A stretch of 64,000 nt of DNA from Candidatus Micrarchaeota archaeon (GCA_021817565.1 JAKAUP010000007.1:152497-216496); one strand, 5' to 3'; counted from the stretch's first letter, positions 50,604 through 60,769 are shown. Made by a program: numbers and translations. Notes: generated by a model from the sequence alone, not told the origin.

Positions 50604-51409
50604 TGGACAGGGACATAAGGAAGGCTATAGGCGCTCAGAAAAGCGTTCTATGCAATTACTGCTTTAGCTGGTTTATGGCGATATCGGATAAGGAGTTCTG
50701 CCCATTCTGTGAGTTGCCGGAGTTCATCCATAGCGAAGAATCCCATATAACAAACAGCCAGATTGAACAGATTGGAGCGTCATTCAGCGGCAAGCTGGAA
50801 AGCGTAGACATGGACGGGGCGGAAGAGGAAATCAACAAATTGATAGAAGCATCAGGCAATCCGATACTCATTTATGTAAAGGGAATCTTTCACATCAAGA
50901 AATCCAACTACCTAATCTCCATGATATCATATACAAGAGATGGGTTCATGGAGGAAAACGCAAGGCTAAGGGCCGCATCAGCAAAAGAGTACGCAGCCGC
51001 CCGCGAAGCGTTGCACACATATATCTACAAGTACGAAAACGCAGAAAAGAAAGGAATTCTCTCATCCTTCGCTGCATTCCTATCTTATACAAAACTGGGT
51101 ATGAGGAGGCCGGCAGCAATCACCCTAAACAAGATAAAAGATATGGATGAAGAGGGGCATTTGTATAAATACGCGGAAGTGCTTATGTTATCCTGCTCAT
51201 CCTCTTACAAGCAGCTTCTTAAGCACGCAAGGGAGCAGCTTAGGGAAAGCCCTTCGCACAATGCTGTGTATTATCTGACTTACGCATTGCTGAAAAACAA
51301 AAAGGCAAGAAGCGCACTTAAGGCGGCAGAGTTTTCGGGAGACCTGTTGAAAGACAATCGTTTTTTTGATATAAGGAGGGACGCATTGGAAGCGCTCTCA
51401 TCAGACTAA
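50600..51409 (+). CDS. Hypothetical protein with CxxC...CPFC Zn finger and helical repeat-like body
   Basis: CNYC...CPFC; ATGA overlap with fibrillarin. Confidence 0.65.
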   Translation: MMDRDIRKAIGAQKSVLCNYCFSWFMAISDKEFCPFCELPEFIHSEESHITNSQIEQIGASFSGKLESVDMDGAEEEINKLIEASGNPILIYVKGIFHIKKSNYLISMISYTRDGFMEENARLRAASAKEYAAAREALHTYIYKYENAEKKGILSSFAAFLSYTKLGMRRPAAITLNKIKDMDEEGHLYKYAEVLMLSCSSSYKQLLKHAREQLRESPSHNAVYYLTYALLKNKKARSALKAAEFSGDLLKDNRFFDIRRDALEALSSD

Positions 51410-51462
51410 AGGGCAGAAGTGCTCCGCAATCTATATATATCATAAAGTGCGCAACCATTCCC

Positions 51463-51858
51463 ATGGTCGATACATACAAAAAGAGAAATAGGAAGAATCA
51501 TAGAAAGAATTCGCTTGTGCTATTGGCGGCAGTGTTTGCCGGTATGGCATCACTCGCATATCTTAGCAACCCAGAACCGTCCCAAAAGGTTACTCAGACA
51601 GAAAGAAGATTAAATGCTGTGGAAGCGCAGTCGGTAATGGCACGGAACGAGATAGATAATACTGGAAGTGCTACCTCAGGCGAATGCGCCACGCTTTACT
51701 CGGCACCCAAAAGGATGGATGCATATACCAAAATACTGCGCAAAGAGGAGGGAAAGGTAAACCATAACGTCGCAGAAGCAATTCACCGGCAACTAGAGTT
51801 AGCCAAAAAACTCGAAAGAAGAAGCGAAGGAACAGCGCTCCGATGGTGCAACCCATAA
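51463..51858 (+). CDS. Hypothetical membrane-anchored or secreted protein
   Basis: Basic N-terminus then hydrophobic helix; TATA-like element upstream. Confidence 0.55.
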   Translation: MVDTYKKRNRKNHRKNSLVLLAAVFAGMASLAYLSNPEPSQKVTQTERRLNAVEAQSVMARNEIDNTGSATSGECATLYSAPKRMDAYTKILRKEEGKVNHNVAEAIHRQLELAKKLERRSEGTALRWCNP

Positions 51859-51983
51859 TAGAATGCAACCAAGCACTGCCAGGACATTATCTTTATACGG
51901 CCTCATCCACCAAAGTGCTTTACGCACGCGCGAATCCATCAGAAAACTTTTTATAGGTGATAAACGCTTTCTTGGTGATTAAT

Positions 51984-52232
51984 ATGGACAAAAAGATAAT
52001 CGCAGGAGTTTTGCTTGGGGCAGCAATATCGACAGCCGCAGCCCAGCAGCCAAAAACGGCACAGCCTACTGTAGAAAATAAAAGCATGATACGCAGCGAT
52101 CCTCACTACGCAACACCACCGAACCTATGCTCACGCCTCCAAAAAATCATAGAGAAACTGCGCAGAGAGGGAAACAACAAAGCCGGACTAAGACAAGCAG
52201 AAGACGTATACAGGGACCATTGCAGGGACTAA
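51984..52232 (+). CDS. Small secreted protein
   Basis: MDKKIIAGVLLGAAISTAAA signal peptide; two Cys. Confidence 0.55.
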   Translation: MDKKIIAGVLLGAAISTAAAQQPKTAQPTVENKSMIRSDPHYATPPNLCSRLQKIIEKLRREGNNKAGLRQAEDVYRDHCRD

Positions 52233-53438
52233 CTACCATTTTTCTTGTTTTCTTCCAAACGCGGTCAGCTTAGCCAGATCAAGATAAGACGGGTTTTTTC
52301 CTATTCCAGAACTTATCACGTATTCGCGTATCGCGGCCGCCTTGAAACCATTGTTTCTAAAACCCGCAACAGTCGGCGTTCTTGGATCGTCCCATCCGCT
52401 CAATTCCCCTGACTTTATCGCCTTTATTATGTCGGACTTGTGCGCGAGCGTGCCCCTTACCTTCAAGACACCAACCTCTATAGTATGCGGCTGTTTTGCC
52501 CCAATCGCCTTGTAAAAGAAGGACTGCTTCACACCGTTTACCTCGTGTTCTATGCCCCTTATCACAAGGCTTATTTTCATCTCATGGTCATCGACAGCCG
52601 AGGCGAAGTTGTACAACGGCCACACCCTGTACTTATTTTTGGTTATTGGATGTTCTGCATCTATAATCCTCATCATCACCCAATCTCTTACTGAAGGGTT
52701 GGGGTGCTTCATGTCTGTCTTGAGCCTTAATACAGCCTCCCCCTCACCGTAAGTCGAGAGCATCGCTTCCCATTCGCGTATGTTGTCATCATCCGCCCTG
52801 TTTCTGCACGCGCATTCAGTACCTTCCTCCCTATTCTTTTTCATAGTTTCCTGCTCGCATGTGCACACATATGCACTTCCCTCATCTATGAGCCTCTTTG
52901 CGTACAAATAGTAAAGTTCCATGCGTTCACTCTGCCTGAATACTCCGCTTATGCTGCATCCCAGCCAATTCAAGTCGTCTATGATCGCCTTGTAAGCTTC
53001 GGGAATTGGCGGCTTTGTCTTTGGATCCGTATCCTCAAACCTGACGTAAAAAGAACCTGAGTACATCTTTGCGTATTCGTCGCAGAGCAAGGCAACCTTA
53101 GCGTGCCCTATATGCAGGAATCCGCTCGGGTTTGGCGCAAACCGGGTATTTATCGCAACCCCATCAGCCCAATCCAGCTTTGGGAGGCCGACCCTCTCCG
53201 GTCTTTCTGGATATGTATACGATTCAGCCTCCTTCCTGAGCTGATCCACCGGCATGGCATTTACCTCTCCAACAACCTCTTCCACAATCTCCTTTATCCT
53301 CGATATTCCCAGCTCCTTAGCCGACTTTACCTCAACAAAAAGCTTGTTGATTACATTGTCCGGCCTTGCCTTACCATAATCAAGCGCATTCTTTACCGCA
53401 AACTTCCTTGCTGATTTGATGACTTCCTCCTCAGACAT
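52233..53438 (-). CDS. gltX: Glutamyl-tRNA synthetase-like protein lacking the anticodon-binding domain
   Basis: TRFAPNPSG.LHIGH, RFEDTDP, YVCTC, WPLYNFA..VDDH, GWDDPR; ends at 401 aa. Confidence 0.85.
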   Translation of the reverse strand: MSEEEVIKSARKFAVKNALDYGKARPDNVINKLFVEVKSAKELGISRIKEIVEEVVGEVNAMPVDQLRKEAESYTYPERPERVGLPKLDWADGVAINTRFAPNPSGFLHIGHAKVALLCDEYAKMYSGSFYVRFEDTDPKTKPPIPEAYKAIIDDLNWLGCSISGVFRQSERMELYYLYAKRLIDEGSAYVCTCEQETMKKNREEGTECACRNRADDDNIREWEAMLSTYGEGEAVLRLKTDMKHPNPSVRDWVMMRIIDAEHPITKNKYRVWPLYNFASAVDDHEMKISLVIRGIEHEVNGVKQSFFYKAIGAKQPHTIEVGVLKVRGTLAHKSDIIKAIKSGELSGWDDPRTPTVAGFRNNGFKAAAIREYVISSGIGKNPSYLDLAKLTAFGRKQEKW

Positions 53439-53445
53439 ATTTCCA

Positions 53446-54018
53446 CTACTTGGCTACAAGTCTTAACTGGTTCTGGTACAGCGTTCCCTGCTCCGTAACT
53501 ATAGCCTGCACAGATACCGGGACATTCGCCCCGATGCCTATTATTTTAGAAGTCTGTAATGAGTATGTCGCATTCCCTATATCTATCCTAACCGGGTTCC
53601 CAGAGTAATCTAAGGTAAGTGGGTTCGGTAGTTTCACATACACTGTTGCGTTTATCCCAGAACCGTCCATATATCCGCTTATTGCGTTGTATACCTGATA
53701 AGACGTATAATTGCTCCCGTTGATTCCTATCTGCCCCCCAATGTTTGTATAGCTGTTTATGTTTCCATCCTTCTCCAGCGCATTAAGCGCGCCAATCAGC
53801 GAGTTCGAGGCATTATCGCTATAAACAACAAGGTTTCTGGAGTATCCCTCAACGACCGCGTTTGCATTCCCGGTGACCAACAGCGTTGGGGTTACCGTGG
53901 TTGTGGTGCTCTTTGTGGGCGGTGCGGAGTTACCTCCGGCAACATTCCCGAGCACGAACATCACTGATAGTATTAAGATTACGGCTATCATTATTATGTT
54001 CTTGGTTTTCTTCTCCAT
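53446..54018 (-). CDS. Membrane-anchored hypothetical protein
   Basis: N-terminal TM, Thr-rich linker, Asn-rich domain. Confidence 0.7.
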   Translation of the reverse strand: MEKKTKNIIMIAVILILSVMFVLGNVAGGNSAPPTKSTTTTVTPTLLVTGNANAVVEGYSRNLVVYSDNASNSLIGALNALEKDGNINSYTNIGGQIGINGSNYTSYQVYNAISGYMDGSGINATVYVKLPNPLTLDYSGNPVRIDIGNATYSLQTSKIIGIGANVPVSVQAIVTEQGTLYQNQLRLVAK

Positions 54019-54061
54019 ACAAACATCTTTAAGGAATATCTATTTTCAATGATGGGAATAC

Positions 54062-54988
54062 CTATTTATGTGTGAGCTTATTTGCGTGCGGAATGCTTTG
54101 GCGGTCAAAATGTTTTATCACATGCGGTATCATGTTTATCAGATCGTCGGCGAGTATGTGCGCACCCATCTTCTTGTAAAGCATGTCTCCTGCTTTTGCG
54201 TGCACGTACGCCCCGGCAATCCCAGCCCTAAAGGTGCTTGCCCCTGAAGCCATATAACCCCCAATTATACCTGATAGCACATCTCCGGTGCCAGCGGTTG
54301 CGAGGGCAGAAGATTTTGGGTTTACTGTAACAGCCTCCTTCCCGTCTGATATAACGCTGACATGCCCTTTTAGGAGCACGGCCGTTCCAATACGTGCTGA
54401 AAGGCGCATGGCGCTCGCTGCCCTTTCCTTAACGGTGTTTCCAGCCCTTCCACCTTCCAGCATCTCAAACTCCCTGTCATTTGGAGTGATCAGCGCATTC
54501 ATCCCCAAGCTGCCAGCGTACTTTATGGAGAATAGCCCATCAGCGTCGATAACCACGCGCTTCCCGTTTGAAACCGCATAGTCTATGATTTTCCCGGCCT
54601 TTTTCAGCACATCGATCCCTTTTCCGATACCAATGCCTATGACCAGTGCGTCAGCCCTCATTATAACTTGCCTTATCCCACTTATCTTCCCATCCCCGAT
54701 GCTCTCCGTGCCGAAAGGTCTGACGATAAGGTTTGGGGAGAGCGCCCTAACCGGTCCTACTATAGAGCTCGGCACGTAAAGGTAAGCATACCCTATCCCG
54801 ACTCTTAGTGCGGCAAGCGCATGCCATGCCGCATTCCCTGCAAGCACCGGAGCTCCGTGATACACTCCGCTTCCCCCTACCACGACTATACTTCCATTAT
54901 CGTGCTTGGAAGAATATGGGTTGCGGGCAGCAGTGGCAATCTTCACGTCTTTACCCGTTGCGGTTCTTATCTTTGTCAAGCGCATCAT
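54062..54988 (-). CDS. nnrD: ADP-dependent NAD(P)H-hydrate dehydratase (stand-alone)
   Basis: VVGGS..Y.GAP, IDADG, ITPN..E, LKG, ATAGTGDVLSG. Confidence 0.9.
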   Translation of the reverse strand: MMRLTKIRTATGKDVKIATAARNPYSSKHDNGSIVVVGGSGVYHGAPVLAGNAAWHALAALRVGIGYAYLYVPSSIVGPVRALSPNLIVRPFGTESIGDGKISGIRQVIMRADALVIGIGIGKGIDVLKKAGKIIDYAVSNGKRVVIDADGLFSIKYAGSLGMNALITPNDREFEMLEGGRAGNTVKERAASAMRLSARIGTAVLLKGHVSVISDGKEAVTVNPKSSALATAGTGDVLSGIIGGYMASGASTFRAGIAGAYVHAKAGDMLYKKMGAHILADDLINMIPHVIKHFDRQSIPHANKLTHK

Positions 54989-55119
54989 ATAATTATACAC
55001 GCAACGTATTAACCTATTATTCAAAAAGCCAAAACCCTATACTTGACCGCATCCCCAAACAGGTTCGTTCTTTTAAGCATTATTGTAGATTAATAGAACA
55101 TTCCTAAAAGGTCGGATAT

Positions 55120-55530
55120 ATGGCTAAACAAACGGGCAAACAACTGCAGAGTCAGATAAGGAGGATTTTTGGAAAACACGTATATGGGAACATGTACGGA
55201 CTAAATGAGTTGCAGATAACCGATGTGGATTTCCTTACAAAGACCGTACTCGGATCGGCAAAGATAGGGGAGATGCACATAGTGGAACTTGTCACGAAGA
55301 AGTTTCAGGGCTATAATAACGTGGCAGGAGGCGTCTCCATAATAGCGCTCATAGAGGAAAGCCACATCGCACTGCATACTTGGCCGGAAAGCAGCTACGC
55401 GACTGTCGACATATACTCATGCGGGGAGAAGAGCAAGCCGGAAGCAGCATACAAGTACATAATGGAGAAGCTCTCCCCAAAGAAGCAGAAATTCTTCAGC
55501 GTTGACAGAGGCAACTCAAGTATGTCGTGA
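55120..55530 (+). CDS. speD: Pyruvoyl-dependent S-adenosylmethionine decarboxylase family proenzyme
   Basis: GKH, GGVS, EESHIALHTWPE, DIYSCG; arginine-decarboxylase specificity cannot be excluded. Confidence 0.85.
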   Translation: MAKQTGKQLQSQIRRIFGKHVYGNMYGLNELQITDVDFLTKTVLGSAKIGEMHIVELVTKKFQGYNNVAGGVSIIALIEESHIALHTWPESSYATVDIYSCGEKSKPEAAYKYIMEKLSPKKQKFFSVDRGNSSMS

Positions 55531-55582
55531 GGCAAAAACCTTTCGGGAAACATTTAATTATCTTTAGGGGATAAGTGCTCTG

Positions 55583-56314
55583 GTGAAAATCATGGCGTTT
55601 AAAGACGGGGAGTTTTTAGAAATAGAATACACTGCAAAAGATGCGCAATCAGGCGCAACCCTAGCCACAACAGACGAGGCGGCAGCAAAGCAGGCGGAGA
55701 TATACGACGAACATGTGAGATATGGTCCAGTGCTGGTTGTGATAGGTTCAAATGCGGTTGTAAAGGGTCTTGAGAGGGAGCTGAAGGGCATGGACATCGG
55801 CGAAAACAGGTCCTTTGTTCTTAAGCCGGAGGATGCATTCGGGGAGAGGAACGAGAATCTGGTAAAGGTAATGAAAGAATCGGACTTCAAGCAGCAGAAC
55901 CTGCGTCCATATCCTGGAATGAGGTTAAACATAGACAATGCGCCAGCTACAGTCAAGAGCGTAGGATCCGGAAGGGTGGTTGTTGACATGAATCATCCTG
56001 ATGCAGGAAAGAGTATAACATACGAGGTAAAGATCATAAAGAAGATAGAAAAGGAGGAGGAAAAGATTGAGAAGCTCTCGCAGACATACGGTCTTAATCC
56101 GACCAGCGTGAAAGCGGAAAGCACCGAGGCAGAGATATATTTCGACAATAAAGTTAGGAAAGACTCAGACTACTTCATAAACAAGGCAAGTTCCCTCGCG
56201 GCAATATTCACATACCTGAAGGACGTGAAGCGCGTAGTCGTAAAGGAGGAATACCTGAATCTGGCCGAGGAGAAGAAAGATGAAAAGGCTTCGGAGGAGA
56301 AGGAAAGAAGCTAA
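55583..56314 (+). CDS. FKBP-type peptidyl-prolyl isomerase (long archaeal type)
   Basis: VKGLE, PEDAFGER, VVVDMNHP.AGK. Confidence 0.9.
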   Translation: MKIMAFKDGEFLEIEYTAKDAQSGATLATTDEAAAKQAEIYDEHVRYGPVLVVIGSNAVVKGLERELKGMDIGENRSFVLKPEDAFGERNENLVKVMKESDFKQQNLRPYPGMRLNIDNAPATVKSVGSGRVVVDMNHPDAGKSITYEVKIIKKIEKEEEKIEKLSQTYGLNPTSVKAESTEAEIYFDNKVRKDSDYFINKASSLAAIFTYLKDVKRVVVKEEYLNLAEEKKDEKASEEKERS

Positions 56315-56838
56315 TCCCTCCACAAAAGATGGATTCCGAGCGCAGCCCCCCAGATTATTATCGGGTATACCGCAATGCGCTCCGCAATTCCGCTGTTAAA
56401 AAGCCGCGCAATAAAAAGGACAGCGCCAATTGCAGCTACCGTCCCCAAGCCCAGAGAGAAGAGCCTGAAATACCTATCGGTCCTCAGAAACAGCATAGCG
56501 GATATTCCAGATACAAGGAAGAGGGCGGTAAAGAAAATATGCAGTTCCAAATAGGATATGTTGAATACGCTGATAAGCACTGCGGCGATTCCTGCAACAC
56601 CAAGCATAATCCTGGAGAGCCTGTTTATGCTTTCCACAGCAATCGAAGCGATAATGACCATGATGCCGGCAAAGCCAAGCGATACGCCGGCATACCATTC
56701 TCTGTACAGGATGTAGCTTATTGTTAGGCTATTCGGGTCGGGAAAGCGCGTCGAGGCATAATAGAGTATCGGCAAGAACTGGGCCGCAGCAAGAAAAAGC
56801 AGCCATCCAGCAAGCTCCCTAAGAACCCCTTTCTCCAT
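56311..56838 (-). CDS. Membrane protein, DUF998-like
   Basis: Multiple TMs and GIAERIAVYP...W motif. Confidence 0.65.
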   Translation of the reverse strand: MEKGVLRELAGWLLFLAAAQFLPILYYASTRFPDPNSLTISYILYREWYAGVSLGFAGIMVIIASIAVESINRLSRIMLGVAGIAAVLISVFNISYLELHIFFTALFLVSGISAMLFLRTDRYFRLFSLGLGTVAAIGAVLFIARLFNSGIAERIAVYPIIIWGAALGIHLLWRD

Positions 56839-56843
56839 AAAAG

Positions 56844-57035
56844 TTAGCTTTTTATATTGAGCGCGAATGTGCTGTTGAGGTTTATGTTGAGCTTCTTCGC
56901 TATATCCGACTTTTCACAGTCAAGCATTATTATGTATCCGCTGATCTTGTTCGTTATGTCGGTGGATGCGCATATCGGACACTTATTCCCGCTCTTTATT
57001 ATTATCCTGCAGTTTTTGCACGCCGTCTCTTCCAT
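56844..57035 (-). CDS. spt4: Transcription elongation factor Spt4 (RpoE'')
   Basis: ACKNC...CPIC, S.IAKKL; follows rpo7. Confidence 0.92.
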   Translation of the reverse strand: MEETACKNCRIIIKSGNKCPICASTDITNKISGYIIMLDCEKSDIAKKLNINLNSTFALNIKS

Positions 57036-57040
57036 CTATA

Positions 57041-57631
57041 TCACTTTTTAGCCTTACCATCCTTGCGCTTCTGCGGAGCTTTGTTGGACCGCGTAGCAGC
57101 AACAATCCATTCGTGCTTCCCAAGCCCTTCCGGCCTCATCGTAAGGGCGATTCTCGATTCTCTTATGTTCTTGTTCTTTATGCTAACGGTAGATATCTTT
57201 GCGTATACGATATCCCCCTTCTTGAGCGATTTCCCCCCCTTTTTGGATACGAATGTCGAGGTTTTCTTGTCCATCGATATGAAATCGTCTGTTATCTGGG
57301 AAACATGAACCAAACCATCTATCGGCCCTATCCTGACAAATGCCCCGAAGTCCATAAGCTCAGTTACCTCCCCAACAACAACCTCCTCGACCTTCGGATA
57401 ATAAGCAAGCACATCAAACTCGACGCTGTGCCTTGTTGAAGGGTCTCCCGGAAATATGAATCCGTCGCTTATGCCTCTCACATTGAATACGGCAAGTATC
57501 ACGCCCATGTCTTTATCCAAGGTGCCCTCATACTTATCGCGCAAGGTCTTGTTCGCCACTTCCTCTATCTCCTTCCCAAAATTATCCGGGGACATCTTGA
57601 AGGTGTCGTTCACTTCATATATCTTATACAT
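57041..57631 (-). CDS. rpo7: RNA polymerase subunit Rpo7 (E')
   Basis: FGAFVRIGPIDGLVHVSQI S1 domain; LTMR..GLGK.EW. Confidence 0.95.
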   Translation of the reverse strand: MYKIYEVNDTFKMSPDNFGKEIEEVANKTLRDKYEGTLDKDMGVILAVFNVRGISDGFIFPGDPSTRHSVEFDVLAYYPKVEEVVVGEVTELMDFGAFVRIGPIDGLVHVSQITDDFISMDKKTSTFVSKKGGKSLKKGDIVYAKISTVSIKNKNIRESRIALTMRPEGLGKHEWIVAATRSNKAPQKRKDGKAKK

Positions 57632-57803
57632 TTTCTCATCTAGCTATAATCAGAATGCCGCTAAGGCAATCACTATTTGTCCACACATATTTATAAAATT
57701 TGCTATTTTTGATCCAGACCTCAACAAATCGGCAGACGCGAAACACAAAGAGGGGCGATTCCTGAAAGATAAATATTTATATCTAAAAAATAGTTTTTCT
57801 AGT

Positions 57804-58676
57804 ATGCCCACTAAACAGCGAAAGGTGGCGATAAAGTACACGCAGATATCTGGTTTTAATGTGAGGTACCTGGAAGCAGGCAGCCCACAAAACAAAGCGA
57901 CACTAATGGTGCACGGCGGTGGCATAAGCTCATGGTCAAAAGAATGGCATGGGATGATGCCGGAGATAAGCGCGTATAGCAGGGCATTGGCGCCAGATCT
58001 TCCGGGTTACGGGAAGAGCGAACATGGCAACAAGAAGGCAACGCTGGAGAACTGTTCCGAATTCCTATCAGATTTCGTAGCCTCATTTGCTCCAGGAAGG
58101 ATCAACATAATAGGGGAGTCTTTCGGAGGGGGCATAGCGCTTGATTACACCCTGAAACATAAAGATACAGTAGACAAGCTGGTGCTTATAGACTCATACG
58201 GCTTCTTCAACAAAAAATTTTCAATGGCTGCATACCTTCTCACAAGAATCAAACCAGAGGTGCAGAACAGTCTCATAAACATCTTTGTGGACAACACCGC
58301 AGTAAGCAATCTCATACTCAAGCTGCTTATAAGGGACAGGGAAGGCTCAAACATAAGGGAAGCGGAAATAGACTTCGTAAGAGACTACATAAAGAAGCAT
58401 GGAATAAGCACGTCATGCCTAGAATTCGTACAGGATCAGGTCACAAGAAACGGGACCAGGTCATACTATATGGACAGAATCCACGAACTGAACGGCACGA
58501 ACGTCTCCGTCATGTTCATACACGGCAATAAAGACCCTCTATTTCCGATAGAGAAACAGAGGGAGGCGGCCTCAAAGATAAAATCCGAATTCGTGGAGGT
58601 AAACGCAAGCCACACTCCGATGCTAAAAGAACGAAGGCTCGTGATTGGAGCCATAAACTCATTTCTCAGGAATTAG
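57804..58676 (+). CDS. Alpha/beta hydrolase
   Basis: HGGG, DLPGYGKS, GESFGG nucleophile elbow, HG.KD, ASH. Confidence 0.9.
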   Translation: MPTKQRKVAIKYTQISGFNVRYLEAGSPQNKATLMVHGGGISSWSKEWHGMMPEISAYSRALAPDLPGYGKSEHGNKKATLENCSEFLSDFVASFAPGRINIIGESFGGGIALDYTLKHKDTVDKLVLIDSYGFFNKKFSMAAYLLTRIKPEVQNSLINIFVDNTAVSNLILKLLIRDREGSNIREAEIDFVRDYIKKHGISTSCLEFVQDQVTRNGTRSYYMDRIHELNGTNVSVMFIHGNKDPLFPIEKQREAASKIKSEFVEVNASHTPMLKERRLVIGAINSFLRN

Positions 58677-58682
58677 GCAGCT

Positions 58683-59246
58683 TCAACCTTTACGCGCCAT
58701 TTGTAATAGTCCTGCACACCTTACCTTTCTGTCAATCTCCTCCTTAACCAGTGTGACCTTGTCAGGAAGAAATTTTCGAGCCACTACAAGAGCGAATGAA
58801 AGCATCGTAATGTCGTTTAGATATCCCCGACCTCCACCTTTTTTATCCTCTTTTTCCATATTGGAGAATATGCGGTACGCCTGAAAAGCCGCTCCCATTA
58901 CCTTATCTCTGCCCAATCCGCCATCCTGCGCTATACTTGCCGCACCAACGTAATCCATGGCTGCCGCAAACTGTAGATTGCTTCTGCGCTTCCGGTGCCA
59001 CCGGGCAGATTTTTCTGCATCCCTGCTCATTATGTCAGCTTCCCGAAGAAGATCTTCATAATAGTCATTTGCATACTTATCATCAAAAGCACTAGCAGTA
59101 AGCCTGGTACCATACATCACGCGTCCGATAGACCGAGATACCTCTACACTGGAATTTATCGTTTCCTCTGCGTGCTCAATCATTATTTCCGCGGCTACCC
59201 CAAACTGTTTCGTAAGCGCATGTTGGTCTATGCTACATATTTCCAT
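58683..59246 (-). CDS. Hypothetical protein, paralog of 60076..60627
   Basis: Shared AAM.YV.AASIAQD.G...DKV..AAFQAYRIF..ME block. Confidence 0.7.
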   Translation of the reverse strand: MEICSIDQHALTKQFGVAAEIMIEHAEETINSSVEVSRSIGRVMYGTRLTASAFDDKYANDYYEDLLREADIMSRDAEKSARWHRKRRSNLQFAAAMDYVGAASIAQDGGLGRDKVMGAAFQAYRIFSNMEKEDKKGGGRGYLNDITMLSFALVVARKFLPDKVTLVKEEIDRKVRCAGLLQMARKG

Positions 59247-59402
59247 AAATTACACCTAATAAAATAAATTATCTCTTTTTATATATATAAAGATTCCCTG
59301 CTCACTCTCTAGATATATATAATTTCTGGGTTTTTGCCGTGTCGGATAATTCCGCTATTTCTATGGGTTCTATTTACCCAAAGGTTAACAACTGGCCAAA
59401 GT

Positions 59403-60017
59403 TTACGGTATGTCCCCCGCAATGTCGCCGACCAGGCCAGTAAGGTTTACGCTCTGGTTGTACACATACGCAAGCGCAATGTAATTCGACTTCATCACAA
59501 GCACATACGCCCTCATGTAGGAAGCGTTGTACGGCATCTCAACGTATACTACGCTGCCGAAGAACCCTTTTGTATAATCTGGGTAGTAGCGTGCGTATCT
59601 GAGCAGTGTCTGATTATAGACATACGTCGCGTCAGTAAGATTATTCTCCTGTGCCACTTCCTCATTCATACCGGTGTTATTCGAGCCAGAGTAAGTCACA
59701 TTCCACAAATAAGTTGTATTCGCAACAAGGCTCGGATTCAATACAAGCCCCTCAGAGCTCTTATTATAAGATTTTATCAAACTGTAATTGATATTGCCTA
59801 TGTAGTCTTTAGCCTGCGACTCGCTGATGTAAGGCACGATACCGTAAGAGCCAACGCTAGTAGTTATGTTTACCTGCGGAACTGATACTGCAGGACCCTT
59901 TCCCTGGCCGCTCTTCTTTGCCGCTTGTGTTCCGTTAAACGGGTGCGACAGGACGATAAATGCGACCGCCACGATTATAATTATTATAACGATTCCGATT
60001 ACTGCTGCAGGCTCCAT
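59403..60017 (-). CDS. Membrane-anchored extracellular protein
   Basis: N-terminal TM; many N-x-S/T sequons. Confidence 0.7.
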   Translation of the reverse strand: MEPAAVIGIVIIIIIVAVAFIVLSHPFNGTQAAKKSGQGKGPAVSVPQVNITTSVGSYGIVPYISESQAKDYIGNINYSLIKSYNKSSEGLVLNPSLVANTTYLWNVTYSGSNNTGMNEEVAQENNLTDATYVYNQTLLRYARYYPDYTKGFFGSVVYVEMPYNASYMRAYVLVMKSNYIALAYVYNQSVNLTGLVGDIAGDIP

Positions 60018-60075
60018 AATATGATAATAAAACGCAGATTTAAATCCCTGAGCCACAGTTGAAAGTGAAGCAGAT

Positions 60076-60627
60076 TTAATAGATAGCTCCCTGCGCGACT
60101 TCCCTGCGCGCCATATGCCTCAATTTATCCATCTCCCTTATGGTTTCATCTCTAATCCATGATAGCTTATCCTTATCCAAATTGAAAGTGTCGGCCACAG
60201 CATAAGCAAGCAAACGGCTCACGAACCTTTCATCTTCCTGCGCCTTTCTTTTATCCGGCTCCATATCAGTAAATATGCGGTATGCCTGAAAAGCGGCAGC
60301 CGTAACTTTATCATTCACAAATCCGCAATCTTGCGCTATAGATGCGGCAGCCACATACTCCATTGCAGCCCAACACATGAGATTGCGGTCGCCGGGTCTC
60401 CCGCCTTTTTCTGCCATCTCCACCAGCATATCGCCGCGCGAAAAGCTTCCCTCATACAGAAATTCTGCAAACTCCGCGCCCCCATCTCCAGAATACCTTA
60501 TACACTCCCTTAAATGCTCAATATTGGAGCCTAAGGACATCTGGTTCTTTGCGCAACTAAGAAGGGTGTCCAAGCTTTTTCCCTCATGCACGTATTTATC
60601 TAATGATACCTTATCTAATGATACCAT
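60076..60627 (-). CDS. Hypothetical protein, paralog of 58683..59246
   Basis: Shared conserved block as above. Confidence 0.7.
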   Translation of the reverse strand: MVSLDKVSLDKYVHEGKSLDTLLSCAKNQMSLGSNIEHLRECIRYSGDGGAEFAEFLYEGSFSRGDMLVEMAEKGGRPGDRNLMCWAAMEYVAAASIAQDCGFVNDKVTAAAFQAYRIFTDMEPDKRKAQEDERFVSRLLAYAVADTFNLDKDKLSWIRDETIREMDKLRHMARREVAQGAIY

Positions 60628-60684
60628 AACCAAATACATGTATTTGAAGTATTTAAACATTTCAATAGGCACGTCACATGGACA

Positions 60685-60769
60685 TGCAGGGGGTGAGATT
60701 TGAACTCACGAATCCCTAAGGAACTAGGCCCTGAACCCAGCGCGTTTGACCAAACTTTGCTACCCCTGC
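60685..60769 (-). tRNA. tRNA-Leu(CAG)
   Basis: Acceptor GCAGGGG/CCCCTGC, anticodon arm CTGGG-TTCAGGG-CCTAG, long variable arm, T loop TTCAAAT. Confidence 0.93.

Noticed and set aside
57456..57803. Long N-terminal extension of the alpha/beta hydrolase in the ORF track
   Set aside because: Overlaps rpo7 antisense and its promoter; the real start is probably ATG 57804.
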